A stretch of DNA of 63,948 nt, counting the filler, from Lenisia limosa (lineage: Eukaryota; Protista; Breviatea), in NCBI GenBank assembly GCA_001655205.1. It is 12 parts of 12 records of this genome, joined end to end, with 100 filler letters (N's around TTAATTAATTAA, not from the genome) between each part and the next. Parts side by side here need not be neighbours in the genome. Positions count along the whole stretch, not along the records: positions 22,893 to 30,181 come from LPNZ01007265.1; positions 30,282 to 31,456 come from LPNZ01003702.1; positions 31,557 to 33,981 come from LPNZ01004738.1; positions 34,082 to 39,602 come from LPNZ01009507.1; 8 more parts are not named here. One strand, given 5' to 3'. The translations under genes were made by a program, and so were the position numbers. The notes below the pieces were generated by a model. It had not been told where the DNA came from. It worked only from the letters and a program-made list of their open reading frames with translations, and made no database searches. Shown piece by piece: positions 23,316 through 34,089 of this stretch (its first letter is position 1; each line of letters begins with the position of its first letter).

Positions 23316-26300
23316 GCTGTTGAAGGGGGTTACTGGCAGAACAGCTATCACAACAAGTGGGGGAGGGGTACATAATCAGAACATTAGACGCTGCATTCCG
23401 CCACTTTTTACCCTGCTAATTAACAGGCTTCATGCTGCGGACGTTGCTTGTGTGTCGTCATGGCTGCTTGATGAACACAACTCCAGGGTAGGACAGGGGC
23501 ACAATGAGTGGTTTTATAATGGGTGTTGGTTATAAAACAGCAAAACATATTTTCAACTCAGTGAGCTAAATATTTGAAAAGGAACAGGGCAGTGTGGTTG
23601 AAACAGAATAATATAATACTCGTTCATAAGAGATTTTGGATTATAGTGTCTTATGAGCTTCATCCCTTCATTTGCCTTACAACTCCGTTTACATCTGCCA
23701 GCCATCTACTTTGTCCAATCATTTACCTTACACTTTAATACACGGACGTTTCCCTTTAACTTTCTTAGGTTCAAGGATTCAAGTTTACCCCCCAAGAGAT
23801 CACAGCTATGAGAATTGCTGCCATTATCCACGATATTGGTGGGTGCTTGGTAGAGGACTTTGTTTTGTAGTTTTCAACCCTCTGTGTTGTCAGCCAACAG
23901 CGTTGATTTTGAGCTTGTTTGTTTCATAAATTTTCCATTTTTATTACGCTGGCGTGATTGCATTCGGTGCTGCGGAAGCGACTGGCTTGGGCTTTGTTTG
24001 TATTGTTGTTTCCAACCCGCGTATGCTCCAACAGAGTTTTTTTTTTGGGCTCTTGTTTCATAAATTTTCCCATTTTACTTCCCAACAATTCCCAGACCAC
24101 CCAGCCACTAACAACATCCAGACCACCCAGCCACCAACAACGCCTTCCAAGCCGCGACCCTCACCGACCTTGCCCTAACCTACAATGATAAACATGTAAG
24201 GGGAGCTGCAAAATGACGTGTTAAATGTTGATAAAGCAACAAGATGATGGGGGGATATATGTAGCTATAAACAACCGTGAAGATGTCGATGGCTTTGACC
24301 AGATACAACCTTATTTTTTGTTTCTCATTGCTATACAGTATATAAACATGGGGTTGGAGTACTGCAAGGTGATGTGTTTATATGATACCTTGATATGACA
24401 GACAGTTTGCGCACCAGATTTTACAAATTTTATTTTGAAATAATTTTTGAATTTACTGGAATTTTCACTGAAATCTGAAATCTTGAGTTCAATTTTCAAA
24501 AAAAAATTGTGAAATTTTTTGACAATCTGGTAAGCAAAACTGTCTGATAAGTATGCAAGATGATAAAGTTGTATAAACATGTGGGGTGGGGGGTATATAA
24601 TCTGCAAAAAATGATAAAATTCTCATCATTCTTAGATTCTCGAAAATCATCACCTTGCTACAACCTTCCGTTTGCTCCAAAACGAGGAATGCAATATTTT
24701 CTCCGGTATGGGGGTCATCCCCCCATTGGGGTGAAATTGGGGTTCAACTCAATTTAATTGAAAATTAAATCTGATCCCCCCCGCCCCTTATGTATAATCA
24801 GCCAACAGAGTTGATTTTGGGCTGTTTTTGTTTCATAAATCTGTCAATTTACCTTTATTCATTCACTCTCCCACACACACACACCCATTTTATCCACCTC
24901 TCCCGTTATCTTTATTTCTCGTCCCCACACCCCCCATATTGTCCATTCTCATCCTCTATCCACCCCATGAAATAATAAATGTTACTCTTCACAGATACAA
25001 ACACACACATGCTCTTCTTTTTTGTTTCATAAATTATCCAATTTATTCCCCCCCCCCCCANNNNNNNNNNNNNNNNNNNNNNNNNNNNNNNNNNNNNNNN
25101 NNNNNNNNNNNNNNNNNNNNNNNNNNNNNNNNNNNNNNNNNNNNNNNNNNNNNNNNNNNNNNNNNNNNNNNNNNNNNNNNNNNNNNNNNNNNNNNNNNNN
25201 NNNNNNNNNNNNNNNNNNNNNNNNNNNNNNNNNNNNNNNNNNNNNNNNNNNNNNNNNNNNNNNNNNNNNNNNNNNNNNNNNNNNNNNNNNNNNNNNNNNN
25301 NNNNNNNNNNNNNNNNNNNNNNNGGTCTTCCAGCCGCTGTTTATGAATAGTTTACTATTTTCTGAGTGAATTAATATTATACTATAATCCAATATCTCTA
25401 ATAAGCGTGATGGTGTGGACGGCGTCGGCCAGATACAACTTTATTTTTTATTTCTCATTGCTATATATTTTCTGAAAGTTACCTCGTCAGGTCGAAACTT
25501 GGCTCCCCTGAAGGGCTTCAGCCTGATGTTGCTGGTGGGGGGGGGGGCTATGTGGTGTGCCTTTGTTGATTGAGTTTTTCTTCCATGTTACATGATAGCA
25601 TATTATCATATTGCTTATTTTGAAGTTTTGTTTATTTGGAGTTTCAGATTATTCAACTCGTTTTATTCCCGCAGAGGACCGGACCCTGTGCCTTCAAATG
25701 ATCCTGAAAATGGCGGATATCGGGCACACCGCCAAGCCCCTTGAGCTTCATAAGCATTGGACCAAATGTCTCACCAACGAGTTTATGAACCAGGTGGGAG
25801 GAGGGGGTAAATGAAGCAAGTGGCATTGGAGGGGAGATTGATTCATGAGAGTATGAAAAGGGGGGGAGGGTACATTGAATAATTTGCAAACAAAAATCGT
25901 TTCTTTAATCACCATCTCTCTTTCCAGCTTTTATCACCATCTCTCTTTCCAGCTTTTATCACCATCTCTCTTTCCAGCTTTTATCACCCTCTATCCAGCT
26001 TCTTTTATCACCATCTCTCTCCATCATCACCATCTTCAATCATCAGTCTATGCGTCTCTATCATATAACCGATATCATATAACCGATCAGGGCGATCGTG
26101 AAGCTGAACTTGGCATCCCTGTCTCGGCCTTTATGGACAGAAGTATCATGGACATCCCTTCGTCACAGGTATGGGGGATCATGTGTAATACGGTGATGGG
26201 CTGTTTATGAGTTATTCAAATACAACCTTATTTTTTATTTCTCATTGATATATGATATACATGTTGTATATTATACTATATTTTAGTAACGCTTCACTTT

Positions 26301-26667
26301 CGACTTCTGTTCCGGCTCTTATTCCTGCATTTTTGATCTATATTATAATTTTGCAATCTAAGTTGTATCACCTGCTTTTATCAACTTGTTGATTCTGGGC
26401 TTTTATTATTTTATTTTTNNNNNNNNNNNNNNNNNNNNNNNNNNNNNNNNNNNNNNNNNNNNNNNNNNNNNNNNNNNNNNNNNNNNNNNNNNNNNNNNNN
26501 NNNNNNNNNNNNNNNNNNNNNNNNNNNNNNNNNNNNNNNNNNNNNNNNNNNNNNNNNNNNNNNNNNACAGCTTCAGCCCCATCCCATCCGTGCTCAAGAC
26601 CATGAACCAGAACAACGAGTTTTGGATCAAACAGAAGGCGCTCGGCATCAAGGGTCTCGAGGCTTAG
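23316..26667 (+). CDS. Class I 3',5'-cyclic nucleotide phosphodiesterase catalytic domain; 5' part missing, some exons inside N gaps
   Basis: Phase-consistent exons give AVEGGYWQNSYHNKLHAADV..FTPQEITAMRIAAIIHDIDHPATNNAF..LALTYNDKHILENHHLATTF..EDRTLCLQMILKMADIGHTAKPLELHKHWTKCLTNEFMNQGDREAELGIPVSAFMDR..MNQNNEFWIKQKALGIKGLEA*. The PDEase_I metal-binding motifs are present. Confidence 0.93.
23960..24075 (+). repeat. Intronic repeat family A (~140 bp, ends in a C-run), representative copy
   Basis: Consensus GGGATGCGGTGCTGCAGAAGCGACTGG..GGGCTTTG..TTGTTATCAACCCTCGTGTGTTGTCAGCCAACAGAGTTGATTTTGGGCTTTTTTTGTTTCATAAATTTTCCAATTTACCCCC. At least 20 full or partial copies, e.g. 10-45(-), 1195(-), 2334-2395(-), 4148-4219(+), 8180-8270(+), 15645-15732(+), 20575-20655(+), 22150-22209(+), 24795(+), 31356-31445(-), 32230-32365(-), 33870-33981(-), 44025-44099(+), 45555-45596(-), 57700-57735(-), 60395-60606(+), 62640-62705(+), 63130-63190(+). 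Confidence 0.9.
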
Positions 26668-29600
26668 GTGGGCGAATGTGAAGCGCAAAGAGTTGTTACA
26701 ATTCATGGAATATTATGTCTCTAGAATTGTTAGGGGGGTTGTCTTTTGTTTGGGAAAGAGAAATAATATGTAGAAATCTAGGGGAAACAAATAAATACAT
26801 AGGGATACTATTAAACAAATGCCTCTTAGGTGTAGTTTGGGGGGGGTGGAAACATGGTAATTTCNNNNNNNNNNNNNNNNNNNNNNNNNNNNNNNNNNNN
26901 NNNNNNNNNNNNNNNNNNNNNNNNNNNNNNNNNNNNNNNNNNNNNNNNNNNNNNNNNNNNNNNNNNNNNNNNNNNNNNNNNNNNNNNNNNNNNNNNNNNN
27001 NNNNNNNNNNNNNNNNNNNNNNNNNNNNNNNNNNNNNNNCCAGGTATGGCAGAGGTTTCATCCATTTTTCTTTCTTTATTTTGCAATATATGTATTGGAA
27101 CAAATTGTTGGGTTACTCAATTCTCTAATATTGTTCATTGTGCGGATGGCTTCGGCCAGATACTGAACGGCTTTGTCCAGATGGTCAATGTCTCTAAGAA
27201 ACTGTGGTGTCGCATGTAGCACTCTGAGGCGTAATCTGTATATTCTAGTAATATACGTTCTAATTTTTTAAATAAAATATAATATTGAAATAAGGAGGTT
27301 CATAAAGCATATTACTTGAATCTATCAATTATACGCCTTAGGGATAGGGTGCTCTAAGAGACACCACGTTTCTACACCCAGAGTCCCAAGGTTTCTTCAA
27401 CTTTGTACGAAAACCCATATATATCCAACCAAACCCAAACCAAACCTGAACCAGCCATCATGCCCATGATCAAAACAATTCGAAAAATCACTAAAACCAA
27501 ATCTTGAACAATGAACAATAGTAACAAAACTCTTTCCGCTTGTACATATTTGACTGACTTGGTGTACTTCAATGGAATGCAGGGGAGAGGCTGTAAAGAA
27601 TAATTAATAGTAACGTTATTATTTGATTATTTGCACATAATATTGGGAAGAAGGCGCTTAGTGGGTTGTGCAAAAAGGAATAAAGAAAAATGACTCCCGG
27701 GGGACCCCCAGTCCAAAATTTTAACAAAACTCCCCATGTTTCCCACAGCCACAGCTTCAGCAGCACTCACACCCACCATCACGCACATTGTTTACGGTTT
27801 TAAGGCAGAATAATAAAAGAATAAGAAAAATAGTAAGATCATCCAAACCGCTAACCGCTCAACCGATCACCAGCAACGTATCACATCAGCTTGTGGCACA
27901 AGGCCCCTTCTAACATATCCCAAGGCGAAAATATAATGAGGTGGATGGGTTTGTTGATATGGCCTTTTTTTAGGTAGGGGGGTCAAGGGTAGGAAATGAC
28001 AAGATACCGCCTTTATTTTGGCAGTTATGCTAAAACTTGGAGGTGGATGTGAACACTCGGATATAATCGGCATGAACCCTCGTGTTATCTTCTTAATATT
28101 ATACTTTCTTCCCAATTGCATACCGCATCATGGGTGGAGAGTATAGTTGTAAGTAAAGACAAGTCTGAATGAGACTTGTAATACTATCATAACGGCTGAT
28201 TTCTCGATAAATACTCGGTAAGTAACGGTAATTTGTGTTCTTTTTTGAAGCCTATGGCAGCCCTTTTCATCATGAAGCCACCCCAGGTCCCCACTCCTCA
28301 GAAGGTGACAGCATGACCGCAAATCTACTCGCGTTTTCACGCTACACCTTCTTCAGACAGCGGTTTGATACCTACCCTTAATTTTTTAGCTTCATGTATA
28401 TTATCATCCAAAAGAAGATGAAACGATAATATCTGCTCTAATATGCCCATCAAGGAATATTTATCATTAATAATGATTATAGCTCTGGTTATTACAATTG
28501 AAAGAGTTACAAGGCAAGTAATTGTGGGAATTAGTATTATCCTATAATCCAATATCTCATACAAGCGCGATGGTTTGAAAAGCTTCGTCCATATTCAATT
28601 TTTCTATTTCTCTTTTCAACAAAGTACTTTTTTCGCCCTGTTACATCATGCTATATTTTTGACTATTATTGTCTATCCAACCCAAATTATTCAAAACGTA
28701 ATTGCAAAATTTGAAGTGAGACATATTTTATTGTAAACCCAATTTCAAGCACTTTAATTTCGAGTAATTTCTTCAGCAAATTTATTACACGGGGTCGTTC
28801 CCATTCTCTATTCTATCAAGCCTCACGTTATTTTTTTATCTTATAAATTGTACATGTGAAACATCGTGTATCTAATTGTATTAGGAAGTTATTCGGAGCA
28901 TGGAGGGAACTATGCGTTACTAAACGACAGCGTACACCTCTCACCGTCCAAGGTTGGTATATATGAGAGGGATCTGAAAAGTTGTTTTGAGCTCTGTTCA
29001 CACAGCTTTTTGCACCCCCAGCATAGAGTATACATACTATGAACGGGAGAAGTCCAGATACGATTGGCAAAATAAGGACTTATCACAGCCATGAACCCCA
29101 AACTAACACCATAGCACCAACGCCATCGTCAAAAAGTAAGCCGCCGAAAGCCGCTAAGAATTCGTCACGGACTGAAACTCTCCGGGCCTTTTTTGGGGCT
29201 TGGAGGGCTTTTAGCACANNNNNNNNNNNNNNNNNNNNNNNNNNNNNNNNNNNNNNNNNNNNNNNNNNNNNNNNNNNNNNNNNNNNNNNNNNNNNNNNNN
29301 NNNNNNNNNNNNNNNNNNNNNNNNNNNNNAGCTATGTATACTATTCACCCTGTAAAAGGAGGAAACAAGATCTCATTTTTGGCAGTAAAGTCTCAATTGA
29401 CTAGGATTATAAAGATCCGATTTGCAGTAAAGTCTCTATTGAAGCTAGGATTATAAGATCCTATCTCATTTCTATAGGAGGCAAGCTGAAATCCTTCATC
29501 GCCACTTTCTTGTTCGGTTTGTCAGGGATATCGAGAGATGTTTTCCTCATTCATAGGGGATATATTTTGTCTCATATTCACAGGGGGATATTGCCCGTAT

Positions 29601-29744
29601 TTACCTACTTGCAAAAAAACTTGATATTTGGAACATATTGAAAGCAAAATCTCACTTTATCACTTTATTATCAACTTCCTCGAAACAATTCCCCAAAAAT
29701 TTTCTAGATTCAACGATTCCCCAACATTACCTATCTAGCCGGTC

Positions 29745-29870
29745 AAGTTGTAAGGCAAATGATTGGGTGAATTAATATTATACTATTATCCAATATCTCT
29801 GATTAGCGTGATGGTGTGGACGGCTTCTGGCAGATACAACCTTATTTTTGATTTCTCATTGCCATATATC
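29745..29870 (+). repeat. Interspersed repeat family C (~125 bp), representative copy
   Basis: GTTGTAAGGCAAATGATTGGGTGAATTAAT..TATCCAATATCTCT..AGCGTGATGGTGTGGACGGCTTCGGCCAGATACAACCTTATTTTT.ATTTCTCATTGCTATA. Copies at ~2935-3010(-), ~4760-4800, ~24280-24335, ~25380-25465, ~26220, ~28540-28590, ~30930-31030, ~33705-33800, ~41440-41520(-), ~47975(-), ~55925, ~62570-62635. Confidence 0.85.
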
Positions 29871-30467
29871 TAGCCGGTCATTGAGACGATGGGCAAAAGC
29901 ACTCGTAGTAAAGGAGAAGGAAAGGGCCGCCAACTCCCTTTTCTTGGCGATGACGTGGCGGAGGTTAGGGTGGCTGAGAGCGCAAGAAAATGCTCTCATA
30001 AGGTCAACAGATCGAACTTAGATATGGACGTCTATTGCGTCTAGGATGATTGGACATATCATATTAATTTGCTGCCCGCAAGCAATTGGGTTTTTTTCAT
30101 ATCCATTTGATACTTCATATTGATGCATATACTTATGATATGATATATTCTCCATTTTACTATGATGGGACGCGGTGCTGCNNNNNNNNNNNNNNNNNNN
30201 NNNNNNNNNNNNNNNNNNNNNNNNNTTAATTAATTAANNNNNNNNNNNNNNNNNNNNNNNNNNNNNNNNNNNNNNNNNNNNAAAAAAAAAAAATGGCCAA
30301 GCCAGTCTCTTCTGCAACACACATCCATCACTCGGAGTAAGATATAACAAATTTCAACTTTCCACTCCAGAATCCAAAATTAATCTAAAAATTGATATAC
30401 TATCTTAAGATTTTGGTCACAGATTATTGCCAACCCCGGGACTAAATGCCATATGATCATGCAATTG

Positions 30468-31353
30468 TTAAAATGGTCCACGCGCACTTTTACGCTCAGC
30501 GCGCCTTTTCTTGCCGTGCCGCGCGTTTTCCTGCTGTTTACGTACACGTGCATAGGCGTCAGCGTAGCTCCCGGCGGTACTTGACGCCCGGGTTGGGCTG
30601 GGGGACCGGGGGGGGGGGGATTATATGATGTAATAATATGATACACTACTACAACAAGGAATTCACTCAGGTCCGAAAAAGACCTAAAAATATCGATATT
30701 AATAGGATATGTTGATTTGAGGATTTATTTTATTGAGGATTTATCGAGGATTTATCGAGGATTTATCGAGGATTTATCGAGGATTGAGACTATATCCAAA
30801 CATTGCCAATGAAATATCGATTTTATCGAGGATTTATCGAGGATTAATTGAGGGTTTATTTTCTGTTCGATACCCTGTGTTAACTAATACTATTGTATGC
30901 TGGGGAGGCACGCAGAAAACTGTGCAGAGTTGTAAGGCAAATGATTGAGTGCATTAAATACAAAAGAATCCAATATCTCTAATAAGCGTGATGGTATGGA
31001 CGGCCTCGGCCAGATACAACCTTGTTTTTTTATACATTATTACTGGTTGCACATAAATATCAATATTTAATCAAGGATTTACCGAGGAATTTTCGAATAT
31101 TTAGCCTTTATCCCTACCTTGACCGTTCCGGGGAGAACTGTTCCTCATAATAGGGCTCGGATGTAACACCAATGTCCGTGGTGCAGTCCCCGGCATGGAC
31201 TGACTCGAGGTCTTCCCTGGGGGGTTATATCGATGATAAAATGGGAACATTTATGTAGATCACATATTATGTACAAGAATTCCCCCACTCTTCAGGATTG
31301 GAGGGAGGCATGCCCTCAAGGAAACTGTCGTCGTTGTTCATTTGGTCGTCAGC
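30468..31353 (-). CDS. Last three exons of an unidentified protein
   Basis: Phase-consistent: ADDQMNNDDSFLEGMPPSNPEE|EDLESVHAGDCTTDIGVTSEPYYEEQFSPERS|SPTRASSTAGSYADAYARVRKQQENARHGKKRRAERKSARGPF*. Confidence 0.6.
30730..30845. repeat. 11-bp tandem GAGGATTTATC expansion derived from the MITE B interior
   Basis: (GAGGATTTATC)n. The same motif lies inside family B copies, and a B-like end (GTCCGAAAAAGAC..ATATCGATATT) is upstream at ~30670. Confidence 0.7.
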
Positions 31354-32031
31354 CTAGCGGGGTTAGGGGAGTGAAATTGGAATTATGAAACAAAGAAGCC
31401 CGAAAACTCTGTAGGCTGACAACACACAAGGGTTGATAGCGAGTAAAACGATTTCTNNNNNNNNNNNNNNNNNNNNNNNNNNNNNNNNNNNNNNNNNNNN
31501 TTAATTAATTAANNNNNNNNNNNNNNNNNNNNNNNNNNNNNNNNNNNNNNNNNNNNCAGTCGCTTCTGCAGCACCGCATCCCGTGAAGGGATATTTAGGC
31601 CCAGCAAAGGGCTTAACGTTATATGTCAATACGAAGGTTCAAAACAACAAAACAAAGCCCGTGAGGGAGGGGTGGGTTGCCAAGAGAACGTCAAAAAGTA
31701 TTTTAAAACTGGAAATATCAAAAATCAAGAAATTCAGTCAGAGTGATGCTCCAATCTGAATTTATAAGGTCCACCAATAGAAGCAAAGAGAAAGAGAGGA
31801 AAGAGAAAACGACCATATGCCAGAACTGATGATTACAAAGAGATGGTTTTGGCATCGAAAAGGAATCGAGCATTGGTGAGGAAGGTCAGTTCAGCGTACC
31901 AAAAATGACAGAAAAATTTAATAGTTATAATAGTTTGCCATCAATGGAAGTAACATTCATACAAAAGATAAGCTTACAATCAAGGCGAACATACTGATTA
32001 CAGTAACACTCAGTAAAAAGGAGAAGCTCAC

Positions 32032-33106
32032 CGATCAAAGAGTGGCCATAAAACGCTAGACTGTAGAGATAGAAGAGCTTCATTGCGGCTGACATGTGCA
32101 CAACGGGGATGGCAGCCCATCCCGGGTTGTCTCCATCGATGTCGAATCCCCATGAATACTGGGGGCGTAAGAATGGAAAAGCGGGGTTAAAAGCTCTACA
32201 TGAATACCGGGGGTGCTAAAATGGAAAAGTGAGCACTGAAAACCCCAAAATCAACTCTGTTGGCGGTGAGAATTGAGAAAAAAAATAAAGGGGAGGGGAG
32301 CAAAATTGGAAAAATTTTTAAACGAAAAAGCCCAAGTCATGGCTAACACACGAGGGTTGATAACACCCCTTGAAAGAACACAATCTCACCAAAGGGAAGA
32401 CCAGAAAACTGCCGTATAGCCCCCCCCCCCACAGTTGAAAGAACGTAGTAGCCGAGAGAGAAGACCGCCGTATAGTGCGTGAAGAACCAGAGCGAAACTT
32501 CTACGAGCTTCTTCTTGCTGTCAGGCATTGCGTCAGGTGCCATCATATCCACAATGGGCTGGGGGGAGAGGTTAGTGCTATCATATGCACAAGTTTTTGG
32601 AACTACTGTGGATTTCATCATATTTACCTTCATAATACCCCCTCCATAATTACCTCCAGGGCCCCCAATTACCTTCAGGACAAAAGAACAAAGAGTGAAT
32701 TTGATGGTAAAACAGAGGCAAGTCAGCCACGCAATGCAGTAGAAGTCCTCAAGGCCCCTGCAATAATGAACGATAAAATTTGAAATTGTCTGAAATTGAC
32801 GTATTTTCACAAACGGGGTTGTGAAAATACGGGCCAATGGCGATTTTAAATCGCCATTGGCCCGTTGCAACACTTTTTCTACCATAGTCCTCTTTGGTCA
32901 TTAAAATTCCCAGATCTGTAGATTGGGCTTCACTTTGGTCTTTGGTCCGAAGAAATACGGGATTCTCGAAAAAAACCTTCGAAAACATCGAGAGTTAACT
33001 AGTTTTCGGACAGCAGTGAAGCCCAATCCCATAACCATTTTTTCATCATAATCCCGAATTCCATGCCTCCTAGTCCAACCTGTAGTAGCCGACCACGCCG
33101 TCGGCA
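32032..33106 (-). CDS. LAG1/LAC1-type ceramide-synthase-like (TRAM/TLC domain) membrane protein, partial
   Basis: Spliced: ADGVVGYYRGLEDFYCIAWLTCLCFTIKFTLCSFVLKPIVDMM..KKKLVEVSLWFFTHYTAVFSLGYYVLSTYSWGF..GWAAIP..MKLFYLYSLAFYGHSLI. Matches the Y..G..D / K..E..W.F..Y / KL.Y...LAFY pattern. The Lag1 HH-motif exon was not found in this segment. Confidence 0.7.
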
Positions 33107-34089
33107 NNNNNNNNNNNNNNNNNNNNNNNNNNNNNNNNNNNNNNNNNNNNNNNNNNNNNNNNNNNNNNNNNNNNNNNNNNNNNNNNNNNNNNNNNNNNNN
33201 NNNNNNNNNNNNNNNNNNNNNNNNNNNNNACAACTCTGTGCCTAAAGGCAATTAGACGGAGGCGGATAGGGGATGTGTGGAAATTGGAAGCCAAAAAGGA
33301 GTATCTTTCTCAGAAGATATCGTAATAACAGCTTCTGGTTCCAAAAAAGAGAACAAATCCTTGATAAATAACATGGGCTCCGTGCAATTAATTGCAAAAA
33401 ATATATTTCAAAATTTAAAGTAGAACATACTGTACTTCACTTCGGTTCGAAAAAGACTGATATAATATCGATATTTATCGAAGATACATATCAAGAAATT
33501 CAGTTTTTTGAACCGAAGTGAGGCCCTACTTATTGGTGAGGAATGAGTGTGGCTGTCGGATAGTGTCAACTCAGGTTTCACTTCGGTACGAAAAAAAGAC
33601 TGAATTTCTCGATAAATCCTCGAAAACTATCAATATTTCTCTGGTTTTTTTTCGAACCGAAGTGAAGCCCAAGTGTCAACTCACCGTCAATACGATGTGG
33701 TGTTGAAACGCAAATGATTGGAGGAATTAATAATACTATAATCCAGTTATCATAAGCGAGATGGTGTGGACAGAAAAAACTTATTTGTATTTCTCATTTC
33801 TACAAATGAAGTAATTCCTTTGGATCACGCATTACATTCTGCAAAAGTGTGTGTGCGGAGGGGAGAGTTAATTGGAAAATTTAAACAAAAAAAAAAGCCC
33901 AAAATCAACTCTATGGCTGGCAGCACACGAGGGTTGATAACAACAAAACAAACACAGTCCAGGCCAGCCGCTTCTGCAGCANNNNNNNNNNNNNNNNNNN
34001 NNNNNNNNNNNNNNNNNNNNNNNNNTTAATTAATTAANNNNNNNNNNNNNNNNNNNNNNNNNNNNNNNNNNNNNNNNNNNNAAAGTGGG

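Noticed and set aside
31812-31860. Plus-strand RTDDYKEMV resembling the Lag1 RKDYKE motif
   Set aside because: Opposite strand to the ceramide-synthase gene and not followed by the HH motif; treated as coincidence.
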